A stretch of 64,000 bases of DNA from the sequence record MK799832.1; one strand, given 5' to 3'. Under the pieces are notes generated by a model. It made no database searches. It saw nothing but the letters and a program-made list of their open reading frames with translations, and had not been told where the DNA came from. The translations under genes and the position numbers were made by a program. This document shows, piece by piece, positions 28,490-38,591 of this stretch. Every line of letters begins with the position of its first letter. The first letter of the stretch is position 1.

Positions 28490-31308
28490 TATCCCTGTTT
28501 ATATAAGAATCCCATAAGTTGAGACTTGTAATAACTATTTACTACGGCTGAAGTAGACACACTCATCATAGGTACACCACTCTGTCCACCTCCTCCTGAT
28601 GGTTGTTGGCCAGGAATAGGAATTGGTGTGATACTACCTTGACCATACATTTGATCGTAAGATCCACGTCTATTAATGTTCACGTCTGGACGAGCACCAG
28701 GTTGATTAGGTGACAACTGTGCATTTATGTTAGGTGCTGCTCCTTCTGGTCCTTTAGCACTCAAAATCAAGTGACCAACATATGCTGAAGGATTTCCACT
28801 ACCACCATATTCAGTACCACCCTTTTTTCTATCAACCTCAAAGTGAAGGTGTGGTCCAGTTGAACTACCTCTACCTACATCACCTTTTGCTCCACCAGTT
28901 TGACCAAGAGGAACACCAGCAGGTATCTTTTGTCCTGCACTACAAAGTCTTTTATTTAAGTGTGCCAGTCTAAACTGCAATCCAAGAGATGGTGCCCAGG
29001 CGTCAACGACATTACCATAACCCTTTCCTACTCTTGATCCGTGTAATCCAGAATAGACAATTTCAACATCAACATCCAATGCAACATATGTTCCTTCTGG
29101 TGTTCCGATGTCAATACCTTTGTGTTGTGTACCCCATCTCGGTCCATAACCAGATGTGACTGGGAAACCACTTACCATGTCTCCCTTCCTTCCCCCAGTT
29201 GTGGCTCCCATGTCTTTGATGACACCTGTTCCTCCCTGTGCCTGAACATCTAATGCAAGTTGTGCAGGTTGTGTGGTTTGTTGTGATTGAGATGTTTGTG
29301 CAGGTTGACCAAAGGCTCTCCTCAATGCCTTGGTGAATTTAGTTCCAGAAGTTCCAAATCCATCACGGGTAGGATCCTTGGTCATGTTAGAGTCTAACCA
29401 ATTCGCTGCATGAACCCATCCTTGGTTATGAGCAAATCCCAGATATGAAAGTCTTTCAATACCACTAGCATCTCTGTATCGTTGAGATCCTCTTCTTCCT
29501 GACAGTAATCTATGATTTTGTACTGCATGAGCAAGAATCATATCCTCTTGGAGTTGAGGGTTGTTTCTAAATTCTGCTCTTGATGGAACTGGTATACCTA
29601 ATATATTTGCCGCATCAATTTTAGCAGCATTACCCATTTGATAACGACCATCATATAGATTACCACTACCACCAATCGCACCATAAGAATCTCTGAGACT
29701 ATATCCAGATGTTTCGATAGATGCCAGAGTATCTTTATATGTCTTCCACTGTGATGCAGTAATACCTAAAGTATTGTATAATCTTTGTGCACTAGGTGAA
29801 GGACCTAGATTTGATGAGTAACCAGTAGGTGATGCTCCACTTCTTCCACCACCAGAAGCCCCCGTAGTTCTACTAGTTGAAGGTGTGTACTGAGATGGTT
29901 CTACATATTGGAAACCATTCCATACCATTTGTTTTCCATTGATCGTTGCAGTTTGACCAGGTTTTGGATTTTTTCTTCTGTTAAATTCCTCTTCAGACAA
30001 TCCTGTTCCAGCTGTTCCACCAGGTCCCTCCTTATCTTTAGGGTCAACAGGTGGAACAAGACCCATCTTCTCTTTAATCAATTCATATAAGGCTTTACCA
30101 GCCCAGTCACCAATCATACCACCAAGAATAGCACCAGCAGCTGTACCTGCAAAAGGAAATACAACAGAACCAATACCACCACCAATCCAGGCACCAATAC
30201 CACCACCGATTGCTCCAACCACAGCTCTGTCAAGTGGTTCACCCAGTAACATATCAATAAAGATACTGATAAGACCACCAACAACAGGAACTCTCTTAAA
30301 AATATTACCAATCTTAAGAAGTCTTGTTGCACCTTTGCCCATCACATTTTTGGCAGTGCCCTTAGATGCTTGTTGTGCTGCTGTCTTTGGTGCGGTTTTT
30401 GCTAATGACTTTGATGTCTGAGATGCTACAGTTCCAGCATTCTTTGCAACTTGTTTGGTGATACCCTTCGTACCTTGACCAGTTATCTGACCTGTTATCT
30501 TCTTTGCAAAATTAACAATTCCCTGACCAACAGAACCAAAAGTTTTCTTTGCAAGAGGAAGGACTTGACCCATCTTCTTGGTCAGAACTTGACCACCCTT
30601 ACTCAAACCCTTCCAAGTGGTTTTGAATATACCTTTGATAGGACCAGCAAATACTGAAGAAATTCCTGTGATAACACCCTTTAACATTTTAAAGGGATTT
30701 TGGAAGTTTTGACCCAGGGTGGTGAATAAATTCTCAATGGTTTCATAATTATTGAGGAGGAATGTTACCAAACCTCCCATTGCTACGTTAGTTAAGAAAT
30801 CAAAGATACCAAAGTTCTTACCAATCTTTTTACCGACTGATAAAATACCACCCCCACCTCGTTTCTTCTCTAGTTCCTCTTCCTTTTTTCTTGCCTTTTC
30901 AATTCGTTGTTTATCTTTTAAATCCCTATTGGCTTCTTTCTTTGCTTTACTTTCAGCTTCACTAGCCTTAACAAGAGTTGAGGTTGTATTATTAATGTTG
31001 TCAAGTTGTTTACTGATAGACTCAAACGATGCCTTACCAGATGTTTGTGTTGATCGATCAGATTGATTTGATTTATAGACAGACTTTGGTAACTTGATTG
31101 CCTTTATCTTCTTGGCCTTTGGACTCGATACCTTTTCAGATACTTTTCTACCAACATCTTGAGTCTTCTTTGTTACGGTCTGTTTTGCCTTATCCTTTGC
31201 CTTACCTTTGACAAACTTCTTGGCACCACCCATGACAGCCTTCTTGGCACCGCCTTTGGCAGCACCAGCTAATAAACCTTTTGCTCCTGCTAGTAAGGGT
31301 AATGCCAT
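28489..31308 (-). CDS. Tail/baseplate protein with lysozyme-like and M23 peptidase domains
   Basis: LASIETSG...GRYQMG (lysozyme-like); VTSGYGPRWG.HKGIDIG, AHL, STGPHLHFEV (M23 HxxxD/HxH); basic helical N-terminus. Confidence 0.8.
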   Translation of the reverse strand: MALPLLAGAKGLLAGAAKGGAKKAVMGGAKKFVKGKAKDKAKQTVTKKTQDVGRKVSEKVSSPKAKKIKAIKLPKSVYKSNQSDRSTQTSGKASFESISKQLDNINNTTSTLVKASEAESKAKKEANRDLKDKQRIEKARKKEEELEKKRGGGGILSVGKKIGKNFGIFDFLTNVAMGGLVTFLLNNYETIENLFTTLGQNFQNPFKMLKGVITGISSVFAGPIKGIFKTTWKGLSKGGQVLTKKMGQVLPLAKKTFGSVGQGIVNFAKKITGQITGQGTKGITKQVAKNAGTVASQTSKSLAKTAPKTAAQQASKGTAKNVMGKGATRLLKIGNIFKRVPVVGGLISIFIDMLLGEPLDRAVVGAIGGGIGAWIGGGIGSVVFPFAGTAAGAILGGMIGDWAGKALYELIKEKMGLVPPVDPKDKEGPGGTAGTGLSEEEFNRRKNPKPGQTATINGKQMVWNGFQYVEPSQYTPSTSRTTGASGGGRSGASPTGYSSNLGPSPSAQRLYNTLGITASQWKTYKDTLASIETSGYSLRDSYGAIGGSGNLYDGRYQMGNAAKIDAANILGIPVPSRAEFRNNPQLQEDMILAHAVQNHRLLSGRRGSQRYRDASGIERLSYLGFAHNQGWVHAANWLDSNMTKDPTRDGFGTSGTKFTKALRRAFGQPAQTSQSQQTTQPAQLALDVQAQGGTGVIKDMGATTGGRKGDMVSGFPVTSGYGPRWGTQHKGIDIGTPEGTYVALDVDVEIVYSGLHGSRVGKGYGNVVDAWAPSLGLQFRLAHLNKRLCSAGQKIPAGVPLGQTGGAKGDVGRGSSTGPHLHFEVDRKKGGTEYGGSGNPSAYVGHLILSAKGPEGAAPNINAQLSPNQPGARPDVNINRRGSYDQMYGQGSITPIPIPGQQPSGGGGQSGVPMMSVSTSAVVNSYYKSQLMGFLYKQG

Positions 31309-31311
31309 GTC

Positions 31312-33807
31312 TTATCCCACTATATTATAGATTGATTTGACAACAATAAGGTCAAAATTATTTAAATCCTCAGCAGAGAATCCTGGTACTTGTTTTTGTG
31401 CTGCACTTGCTGCACTGTTAGTTGTCTGACCACCCATAGGAACAGGTAAAACTGCTGTTCCACCACCTTGTGGTTGATATGGATGAATATTCATATTCAA
31501 TTGTGGTCTGGACACTTGTGCACCTGGTGGTGGAGGAAGAACAGGTGCAGGAGGTGCACCTGATAAATCATCTGCTTGTACTGGTGATGCACCAACACTA
31601 GGTAAGATACCTCTCAAGATCTTCTCTGCCATCCGCAAAGAATGAGGACCCTGTGTTCCTCTCTTGACCTCTTCCAGCAATCCACGAATGGCTGGGTCAT
31701 CAATACGAGCCAGTTCCAATAATGTACCACCACCCCTTGTAACACCCTTACTACTTGGGTCAAAGGATGAACTATATCTACCAAACTCATTCATCAGTGA
31801 ACGGTCAGTAGCTGACTCATTGGCACTAGGTAATACACCTGCTTTACCAAATCCTCTTGCATCAAAGTGAAGGTCAACATATTGTTGTCCTCTCACACTC
31901 TCAACCTCTTGAGGTACTTGACTCAATCCACTCCAAGAATAGATGTCTCTAAATCCAATCTTGTCACTTAGTCCTCTCTGTTGTACTAGAGTCTTAAGTG
32001 TCGATACGACGTGTCTCGTTGCCTCCCACTCCTTGACACCTGTGGGATTTGTATTACCACCAGAAGAACCATCATCAGCAGTACCTTGGACTGACCTGTT
32101 GTCTGACCCTAATCCAATACCTCGTGCAGCATTTGATGGTGTTGGAGCATGACCTGCACCAATAATAACTTTACCTACTTGACCACCACCTTGGAAACCT
32201 TGGATCTTACCAAACTTAGGTTTGTTACTACCACCTGCCATTGCATTGGCAGCAAGAAGATTGTCGGCACCGTACATATCGACTGCCTTCTTACTCATCA
32301 TAATTTCACCAGGTTGTGCAGCAATCAGCTGGGTGTCTTTACCCATACCTTTGATTGTCATACCTGTCATCTTGTCGATGGCACCACCATCAAAGAGTGA
32401 AAGGTTCTTGATGTCTACTACTTGACCACCACCCTCTTGTTGTTGCATCCATTGAGGATAAGGTATCTGTGGTATATTTGGAATCGCAATATTAGGGATG
32501 TCAGGGAACTTAGGGACCTGTATAATAGGTACTATTTTTTGAATTTGTTTTAATGCAAATTCTAATTCATTAAACGCTGAGTTCAACGTATTAATATAGA
32601 CATTAATAGGATATAAAACAGTATTATTGATGAAGTTAATAATGTTGTTCAAGAAATCAACTATACTATTTCCAAAATCAATGATAGGTTTCAAATACTT
32701 ACCAGGATTCTGAACAATATCCAAAATCAGATTAATTGCACCACCAAGTAAAATATTCTTAAAGAAATCTCCGATCATGTCGAAGATACCCTTCACTGGT
32801 TTTAATGCCTTTTCAATCTTCTCACCTTTCTTTTTATCTCTTGCCTCAAGTTTTGCTTCCTTCTCTCTGAACCCTTCAGTCTCCTCCTTTGCTGCAAGTT
32901 TTCTTGCAGTCTCCTTTTCAAGTTCTAACTTATCCTGATTGATCTTTAAAAGTTTCTGTAAGTTCTTATCAATATTAGTGAGGGACTTTGAGATAGGGAC
33001 AAGTTTCTCTTGTACATCCTCTTGGAGGTCTGCCTTTACACTCTCAGGTACATTTGAAGCTGACGACGTGGATGATGGAAGTAACTTATCTGTCTGAACT
33101 TTGGTTGGTCCAGTGGGTTTTGATTTACTTTTTCTATTAACAAAGTTCGAAGTCCTTACAGTCTTTTTCCTAGACTTTGGTTTAAATCTACCAGACTTAG
33201 ACTTTACCTTTTTATATTCATCATCAATTAATTCACTTTCCTCAGTAGGAATTTTACTACCAGACATTCTGGCAGCCATCATTCTCTCCTTTAAGAGAGT
33301 TTTATATGTATCGTAATCTAAGTCACTGACATCTTCTAATCCAAGGAGACTTAGAATTCTTGGGTCTACATCTTCACTCTTGGGTGGTGTAGTTTTCTTT
33401 TGAGTAACACTCTTTACTATTGCAGTAGTCTTACCTTTTTTGTCACCACCCTTTTCTTTTTTGAGAGTATCTACATCATCTCTGATTTCTTTCAGAAGGT
33501 CATCAAGACCATCTGGAATTTGTTGTTGTTTTTTATTTGACTTTTTTGCAGCCTTTACATTCTTTGTAGTTACATTTCCAATATTACCTTTCTCATCAAA
33601 TTCACCTGCAAGTCCTCTTGCAATATCAGTGAAGTCATTCGATCTTCCTTGAATGAGTTCACTATCAAGTTTAGATTGTTCTCTTTCGTTAAGTGAATTG
33701 TAGTATTTTGATAGTTGAGCAATATGAGCATCAGAAAGTTTATCGGCAAGTTTCTTGCCGAGTTTCACTTCGTAAGCCTTTCTTAGTCTAGCTGGGTCTC
33801 TAGCCAT
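31312..33807 (-). CDS. Tail/baseplate protein with N-acetylmuramoyl-L-alanine amidase (Amidase_3-like) domain
   Basis: VIIGAGH, KEWEAT, YVDLHFDA, TLLELARID zinc-amidase motifs; coiled-coil N-terminus; QLIAAQPGE motif. Confidence 0.75.
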   Translation of the reverse strand: MARDPARLRKAYEVKLGKKLADKLSDAHIAQLSKYYNSLNEREQSKLDSELIQGRSNDFTDIARGLAGEFDEKGNIGNVTTKNVKAAKKSNKKQQQIPDGLDDLLKEIRDDVDTLKKEKGGDKKGKTTAIVKSVTQKKTTPPKSEDVDPRILSLLGLEDVSDLDYDTYKTLLKERMMAARMSGSKIPTEESELIDDEYKKVKSKSGRFKPKSRKKTVRTSNFVNRKSKSKPTGPTKVQTDKLLPSSTSSASNVPESVKADLQEDVQEKLVPISKSLTNIDKNLQKLLKINQDKLELEKETARKLAAKEETEGFREKEAKLEARDKKKGEKIEKALKPVKGIFDMIGDFFKNILLGGAINLILDIVQNPGKYLKPIIDFGNSIVDFLNNIINFINNTVLYPINVYINTLNSAFNELEFALKQIQKIVPIIQVPKFPDIPNIAIPNIPQIPYPQWMQQQEGGGQVVDIKNLSLFDGGAIDKMTGMTIKGMGKDTQLIAAQPGEIMMSKKAVDMYGADNLLAANAMAGGSNKPKFGKIQGFQGGGQVGKVIIGAGHAPTPSNAARGIGLGSDNRSVQGTADDGSSGGNTNPTGVKEWEATRHVVSTLKTLVQQRGLSDKIGFRDIYSWSGLSQVPQEVESVRGQQYVDLHFDARGFGKAGVLPSANESATDRSLMNEFGRYSSSFDPSSKGVTRGGGTLLELARIDDPAIRGLLEEVKRGTQGPHSLRMAEKILRGILPSVGASPVQADDLSGAPPAPVLPPPPGAQVSRPQLNMNIHPYQPQGGGTAVLPVPMGGQTTNSAASAAQKQVPGFSAEDLNNFDLIVVKSIYNIVG

Positions 33808-33967
33808 TCCTTGCCTTCATCTTTTGCTCTTCTTCCTCAAGATGTTCTTGGAGTAATGCAACGTAGATGTCTCGTTCCCAAGGCATCATGTTTTCAAGCT
33901 CTGTTAATGAATATTTATGGTACTGCATCAAGGCAAAAGTTAATCTGAAGTAGTTCTCCAGATCCAT
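33800..33967 (-). CDS. g51: Baseplate hub assembly catalyst gp51 (55 aa, not in ORF track)
   Basis: MDLENYFRLTFALMQYHKYSLTELENMMPWERDIYVALLQEHLEEEEQKMKARNG*. Confidence 0.85.
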   Translation of the reverse strand: MDLENYFRLTFALMQYHKYSLTELENMMPWERDIYVALLQEHLEEEEQKMKARNG

Positions 33968-33978
33968 GTGGACAAGGC

Positions 33979-34695
33979 CTATCCGAAAAAACTTGATAAC
34001 CCTTCCAGTACAACAGTACTCTTTACTTTAGTAACAGGATTTTTTACCTCAATAGTGTGAGATAATTTAGGCATTGTCTCAAAGAACTTCTCAATCTCTT
34101 TGAACTGAGTGGAACTCATCTGTTCAAGGAATTCGATTACTTCTTTATTAGTAACGTCAGCAGTTGACCATACCTCTTCTTCACTATAAATCTTGTCAAT
34201 ACAAGTTGCAATCAATTCAAATGATTTATCAACAGAGTTATCATCAAAGTCAAAGTTGTTCTTGATGAACTGATCCAGTGATGGATACTTCATCTCCATC
34301 ATCAAAGTGTCGTCAAGTTTGATTTGTTTTGAATGGTTCTCATTCTCCACCACCTTGATATCCTCAAGGTCAATCTTCACATTGATCGATGTCTCACCAT
34401 CATCAGGTGCAATAATACCTACTTCAACTTCTTCACCAACAGACTTACCTCTAATGTTTAAGAAGAGATATTCAATATCAAATGTAGGAAGTTCCTCAAC
34501 CTTAATACCTCTAGTGGAGATACAGTTCTTGATTACAGTTTTAATTGCAGTTGTAATCTGTTGAGTATCTTCACTCTCAAGAGCAAGGACAAGAAGTTTT
34601 TCTTCCTTTACAAGGAAAGGTCTAAATTTGATTTTCTGTTTGGTAGAAGGCAACTCAAGCTCATAAGTTGGAGTAACAATCTTTGGTAAAGGCAT
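33979..34695 (-). CDS. g26: Baseplate hub subunit gp26
   Basis: MPLPKIVTPTYELELPS, FRPFLVKEEKLL, FDIEYLFLNIRGKSVGE. Confidence 0.9.
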   Translation of the reverse strand: MPLPKIVTPTYELELPSTKQKIKFRPFLVKEEKLLVLALESEDTQQITTAIKTVIKNCISTRGIKVEELPTFDIEYLFLNIRGKSVGEEVEVGIIAPDDGETSINVKIDLEDIKVVENENHSKQIKLDDTLMMEMKYPSLDQFIKNNFDFDDNSVDKSFELIATCIDKIYSEEEVWSTADVTNKEVIEFLEQMSSTQFKEIEKFFETMPKLSHTIEVKNPVTKVKSTVVLEGLSSFFG

Positions 34696-34725
34696 GATAT
34701 CTGATAATGATTTCAGTAAAAATAT

Positions 34726-35205
34726 TTAGTTACGTTTTTTACGTTTCTTTGGTTGAGGAATACCGAGGTCATGTTCGGTCAATACTTTAAACTGGACACC
34801 ATTGTCTTTGGCGAACTCTGCCGCGGCACTCCACTTGGCTTGATTTATTGCGTAGGTTGTACACTCATTGATATAGGCTTTAGTAACTCTACTCTTCTTC
34901 TTTGGTTCGATACATTGTTTTGCTGGTTTGATTTCAATGATGTATCGACACACCCTACCATCCTGGTGTCTTATCTGTACAATCCCATCAGGATAATATC
35001 TATGGACACGATTGTCAACTGGACTGACATAAGGTATTGAAAATTCTTCCGATGCATACTTAAGAACAGCATCGTTCCTGTCGCACCACTTTAAAAAGTG
35101 TAGTTCCCAACTACTACGGTAGACTATATTCCTCGCATCCCCCATATATTTTTCAGGATGCTGAGGATGAAATCTACCTTGATGGTACTTCGAACCCCTA
35201 GGCAT
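34726..35205 (-). CDS. g4: Head completion nuclease gp4
   Basis: YRSSWE, YYPD, IEIKP, NQAKW. Confidence 0.9.
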   Translation of the reverse strand: MPRGSKYHQGRFHPQHPEKYMGDARNIVYRSSWELHFLKWCDRNDAVLKYASEEFSIPYVSPVDNRVHRYYPDGIVQIRHQDGRVCRYIIEIKPAKQCIEPKKKSRVTKAYINECTTYAINQAKWSAAAEFAKDNGVQFKVLTEHDLGIPQPKKRKKRN

Positions 35206-35242
35206 CAGTTATACATAGTATTGATATAGTAACTGTATTTAG

Positions 35243-35932
35243 ATGCCTGCACCAGGTGGAGCACCAACTCCAAAGCCTATAAAAACATCTCAGATTAAGA
35301 GTAGGATCTTAAATGTTGCTACTCCTAATAATTACATCGTAAAATTTACACCTCCCTCTAAGGTATCCACATTCATGGAGAATCGTGGATTACCATACAA
35401 TATTGTAGGTGAAGATATTGAACTGAGATGTATTCAAACAACCACACCAGGGACCTCATTCCTGACACATTCTGTCAGTTCTGACCATCAGGGTATTGTA
35501 GAAGAGATACCTTATAGAAGAGCATATGAGAATGAAATCTCAATGACCTTCATTGTTGATAGTAACTATGAGACCGTTGCATTCTTTGAAGCATGGGTCG
35601 ATTATATGAGTGGTGTTGGTCCAACTGTTGCAAGAGAAGCATACTATGGTGACTATGCTATCTACAGAATGAATTATTTTAATGACTACAAGTGTAATCT
35701 ATTCTTGACAAAGTTTGAAAAAGATGCGACTGATAATTCAAGGATCAGTAAATCTCGTCGAGACAAGAGAGCACTTCAGTATACATTGATTGGTGCATAC
35801 CCAAAACAAATAAATAGTATGGACTTACAGTATGGTGAAGCGTCTGATTTTATGAGACTTGTAGTGACCTTCGGTTACTCAAGATATGTAAGAGAAAGAG
35901 TCAACATCCAGGACAGCAATGAAGACATTTAA
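35243..35932 (+). CDS. Baseplate tail-tube initiator / tail-tube-fold protein (gp54/gp19-like)
   Basis: IPYRRAYENEISMTF, FFEAWVDYM, AYPKQI, LVVTFGY. Confidence 0.7.
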   Translation: MPAPGGAPTPKPIKTSQIKSRILNVATPNNYIVKFTPPSKVSTFMENRGLPYNIVGEDIELRCIQTTTPGTSFLTHSVSSDHQGIVEEIPYRRAYENEISMTFIVDSNYETVAFFEAWVDYMSGVGPTVAREAYYGDYAIYRMNYFNDYKCNLFLTKFEKDATDNSRISKSRRDKRALQYTLIGAYPKQINSMDLQYGEASDFMRLVVTFGYSRYVRERVNIQDSNEDI

Positions 35933-36551
35933 TCAATTCAACGAAGACGCATCATCATCTGCCTCGTCTGCTATCAGTGGATCAGGTTCCTTTAAAGGTT
36001 CCTCTGACGCACTTAGACTAAAATACGATCAAAGTTTTAAGAAGAGACCATCGACTGGTCTTGGTGGACTTGCCAAAGATGCTGCTAAACGTGTTGGAAG
36101 TGCAGTAAAAGATAGACTGAAGAATAGACAAGGTAAACCAAGACCTGATGGTCCAGGTAAACAACCTGACAGAAAACCACAACCATATAGAAGTTCAAAA
36201 CCTCAGAGCACATCACCTCAAAGTAAAGAACGTCCTGCACCACCACAAGGTAAAGAACGTCCTGCACTTCCTGCAGGTAAGGATTCAATGGTAGCAAGAA
36301 GAACAGCTGCTGCTAAACAACCACCACAACATAAACAAATCTCTGCAAGACCAGCATCAACAGCAATGGCTGGTAGTAGACAGAGACCTGCAATCAAACC
36401 TGCAAAGTCTAATCTCTCCAGAGATAACATGGGTGTTCAGAAGGTCAATGTCAGAGACGAAGGACCAACTCAACAGAAGAGACTCAATCCTGCTCAACAA
36501 AGACAACTCCCACCCGCAAAACAAAGACAGTTAAAAGCTGCTGATGGATGA
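35919..36551 (+). CDS. Basic low-complexity protein with a T4 internal-protein-like N-terminus
   Basis: MKTFNQFNEDA; Pro/Lys/Arg/Gln-rich; repeated KERPA. Confidence 0.65.
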   Translation: MKTFNQFNEDASSSASSAISGSGSFKGSSDALRLKYDQSFKKRPSTGLGGLAKDAAKRVGSAVKDRLKNRQGKPRPDGPGKQPDRKPQPYRSSKPQSTSPQSKERPAPPQGKERPALPAGKDSMVARRTAAAKQPPQHKQISARPASTAMAGSRQRPAIKPAKSNLSRDNMGVQKVNVRDEGPTQQKRLNPAQQRQLPPAKQRQLKAADG

Positions 36552-36933
36552 AGAACAACAGGAGTATCTGAATAGTAAGATCAACAGATTTTCTGAAGAG
36601 GAAGTCAATCGTATCAAGGCTATGAGAGTCGAAGATGATATGATGTTGGAGATCATTGAAAAACTTCAGACAGAGGTTGAGGTAGTTCCTGATGTTGGAA
36701 AGTATTTTACTTTCATCTATACAGCAAAGACACCCAGAGTTGAGTATGATAGGTTCCCTTTAGTTGCAGTCACTGGTTTATTCAGATGGGGATTCAGAGG
36801 ACTTAATTATCACTGGGGTGATTTCAGAAATTACACCTGGGAAGAACTACAGAGCAATCTATACAAAGTATATCCCATGGAACTGAAGACACTTAGAGCC
36901 ATTCCATATCAAAGTTTCACGATAAATAACTAA
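36544..36933 (+). CDS. g2: DNA end protector gp2-like
   Basis: GKYFTFIYTAKTP, YDRFPLV, FRGLNYHW. Confidence 0.75.
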   Translation: MDEEQQEYLNSKINRFSEEEVNRIKAMRVEDDMMLEIIEKLQTEVEVVPDVGKYFTFIYTAKTPRVEYDRFPLVAVTGLFRWGFRGLNYHWGDFRNYTWEELQSNLYKVYPMELKTLRAIPYQSFTINN

Positions 36934-36948
36934 AAGTATCCTAGTATA

Positions 36949-38406
36949 ATGTCGGACGTTGTTAAGTCATCTGCAATTTGGAACGGACTTAAGGTAGATT
37001 CTTATACCAACGTGCGTACTGGAGAGATCAGTTTATATCAACCAAAAAGATTACCTGCAGTTCTTCTCGCAAGATCAATTCCTGCAAATGGAGCAGCAAA
37101 ATGGTCCTATGAGGGCAATGGAGCAAATTTTAGAAACATTTATAACGACCAACAAAGAGCAATTGGTGGAAAAGAATTAACTCAACAAGAATTTAACCAA
37201 CAATTTTTCACAAAAGGTACAACTGCATTTAATAATATCAGAGGAACAATTCTTAGAACAGAAAGTAATTACGTTAATGCTGGTATTCCAATTACCGAAA
37301 GAGAACTTATAAAACAAGGTCACTTTGACAATAGAGTACCTGGATCAGTGGATCCCGCATCTGATATTATGGTGAACTCCGATGGCACCTTACCAGATAG
37401 AAGAACTTCTGGAGAGAATCTTATACAAAGAGATCCTATTGTACCCACAAGTACAGGACCAGGACCTGGAGGAGGAGGGGGTGCCAATGATGTTCAAGTC
37501 ACATCTTTCGATGATGTAAGCGATGCATTCAATGAAGACAGCAGAAGAAATCCAAGAGGTAGAACTACAGAATTATTGAGGTATCCATTAATCGAACCAC
37601 CTCCTGAGTTCAAATACGATTATATAAGTATAACAGCATATGACTACATTCCTGATGAAGGTCTAAAATCTGGAGAAAAAAGATTTGACACATTGAAAAA
37701 TCCTGCAGAGACAGTTTATCTTCCTATGCAACCTCAAATATCAGAAACCAATGCAGTAAGTTGGTCTGATGATCAACTTAATCCCATCCAAAAAATGCTT
37801 GGTGAGGCAGCAATGGGTGCAATTAAAAGTTTAGGTGATTTGGATTTACAAGGACTTGGTAGTGCATTTAGTAACCTTGGTAAAAATGCGGGAGAGATAT
37901 TTAAAGACCCCCTTACAAAGAAATTTGCTACAGCATATTTTGCAGGTCAGGCGGTGGGTGCAAACCTGGTTGGTAGAACCACTGGTATGGTTATTAATCC
38001 AAACCTTGAACTTCTTTTCAATGGTCCTAACTTAAGAACATTTTCTTTTAATTTTAAACTCACTCCAAGATATAGAGAAGAATCAGAACAAATTAGAAAA
38101 ATTATCCGAGCATTCAAAAGAAATATGGCTGTACAAAAACAAAGTTCAGGTCTATTTCTCAAGTCTCCACGTATTTTTCAACTCAAATACATTTACAAAA
38201 ATGGTGGTGAACACCCATATCTAAATAAATTTAAACCATGTGCATTATCTAACTTCCAAGTAAATTATACACCTGATGGTTCGTATGCAACCTTTGATGA
38301 GACGGGTTCACTGACAGCGTACGAAATTACAATGGATTTTACTGAGGTAATTCCAATTTACGACACTGATATTCCTACATCTGAAACCGAATCGATGGGT
38401 TACTAA
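36949..38406 (+). CDS. g48: Baseplate tail-tube cap gp48
   Basis: VYLPMQPQI, NPNLELLFNGPNLRTFSFNFKL, KFKPCAL, VNYTPDG; ATAAATA at 36922. Confidence 0.85.
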   Translation: MSDVVKSSAIWNGLKVDSYTNVRTGEISLYQPKRLPAVLLARSIPANGAAKWSYEGNGANFRNIYNDQQRAIGGKELTQQEFNQQFFTKGTTAFNNIRGTILRTESNYVNAGIPITERELIKQGHFDNRVPGSVDPASDIMVNSDGTLPDRRTSGENLIQRDPIVPTSTGPGPGGGGGANDVQVTSFDDVSDAFNEDSRRNPRGRTTELLRYPLIEPPPEFKYDYISITAYDYIPDEGLKSGEKRFDTLKNPAETVYLPMQPQISETNAVSWSDDQLNPIQKMLGEAAMGAIKSLGDLDLQGLGSAFSNLGKNAGEIFKDPLTKKFATAYFAGQAVGANLVGRTTGMVINPNLELLFNGPNLRTFSFNFKLTPRYREESEQIRKIIRAFKRNMAVQKQSSGLFLKSPRIFQLKYIYKNGGEHPYLNKFKPCALSNFQVNYTPDGSYATFDETGSLTAYEITMDFTEVIPIYDTDIPTSETESMGY

Positions 38407-38591
38407 TGGCACAAAAATACTTCAGAAATATTCCTAACTTTGAGTATGTTGACAGGACCAAAGACGGTCAGAACATCTCAGACTATACAGAAGTAAAGAA
38501 CTTATTCAAGAGAGGTAAACTTAGAGAGGACATCTTCCAAGACCTCACATACTTCACCAAGTATAAGGTGGTTGGTGATGAGAGACCCGAT
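38406..38591 (+). pseudogene. g53: Baseplate wedge gp53, N-terminal fragment (cut by breakpoint)
   Basis: YFRNIPNFEY...KNLFKRGKLREDIF...GDERPD; homology ends at the LysM-like RPD motif. Confidence 0.8.
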
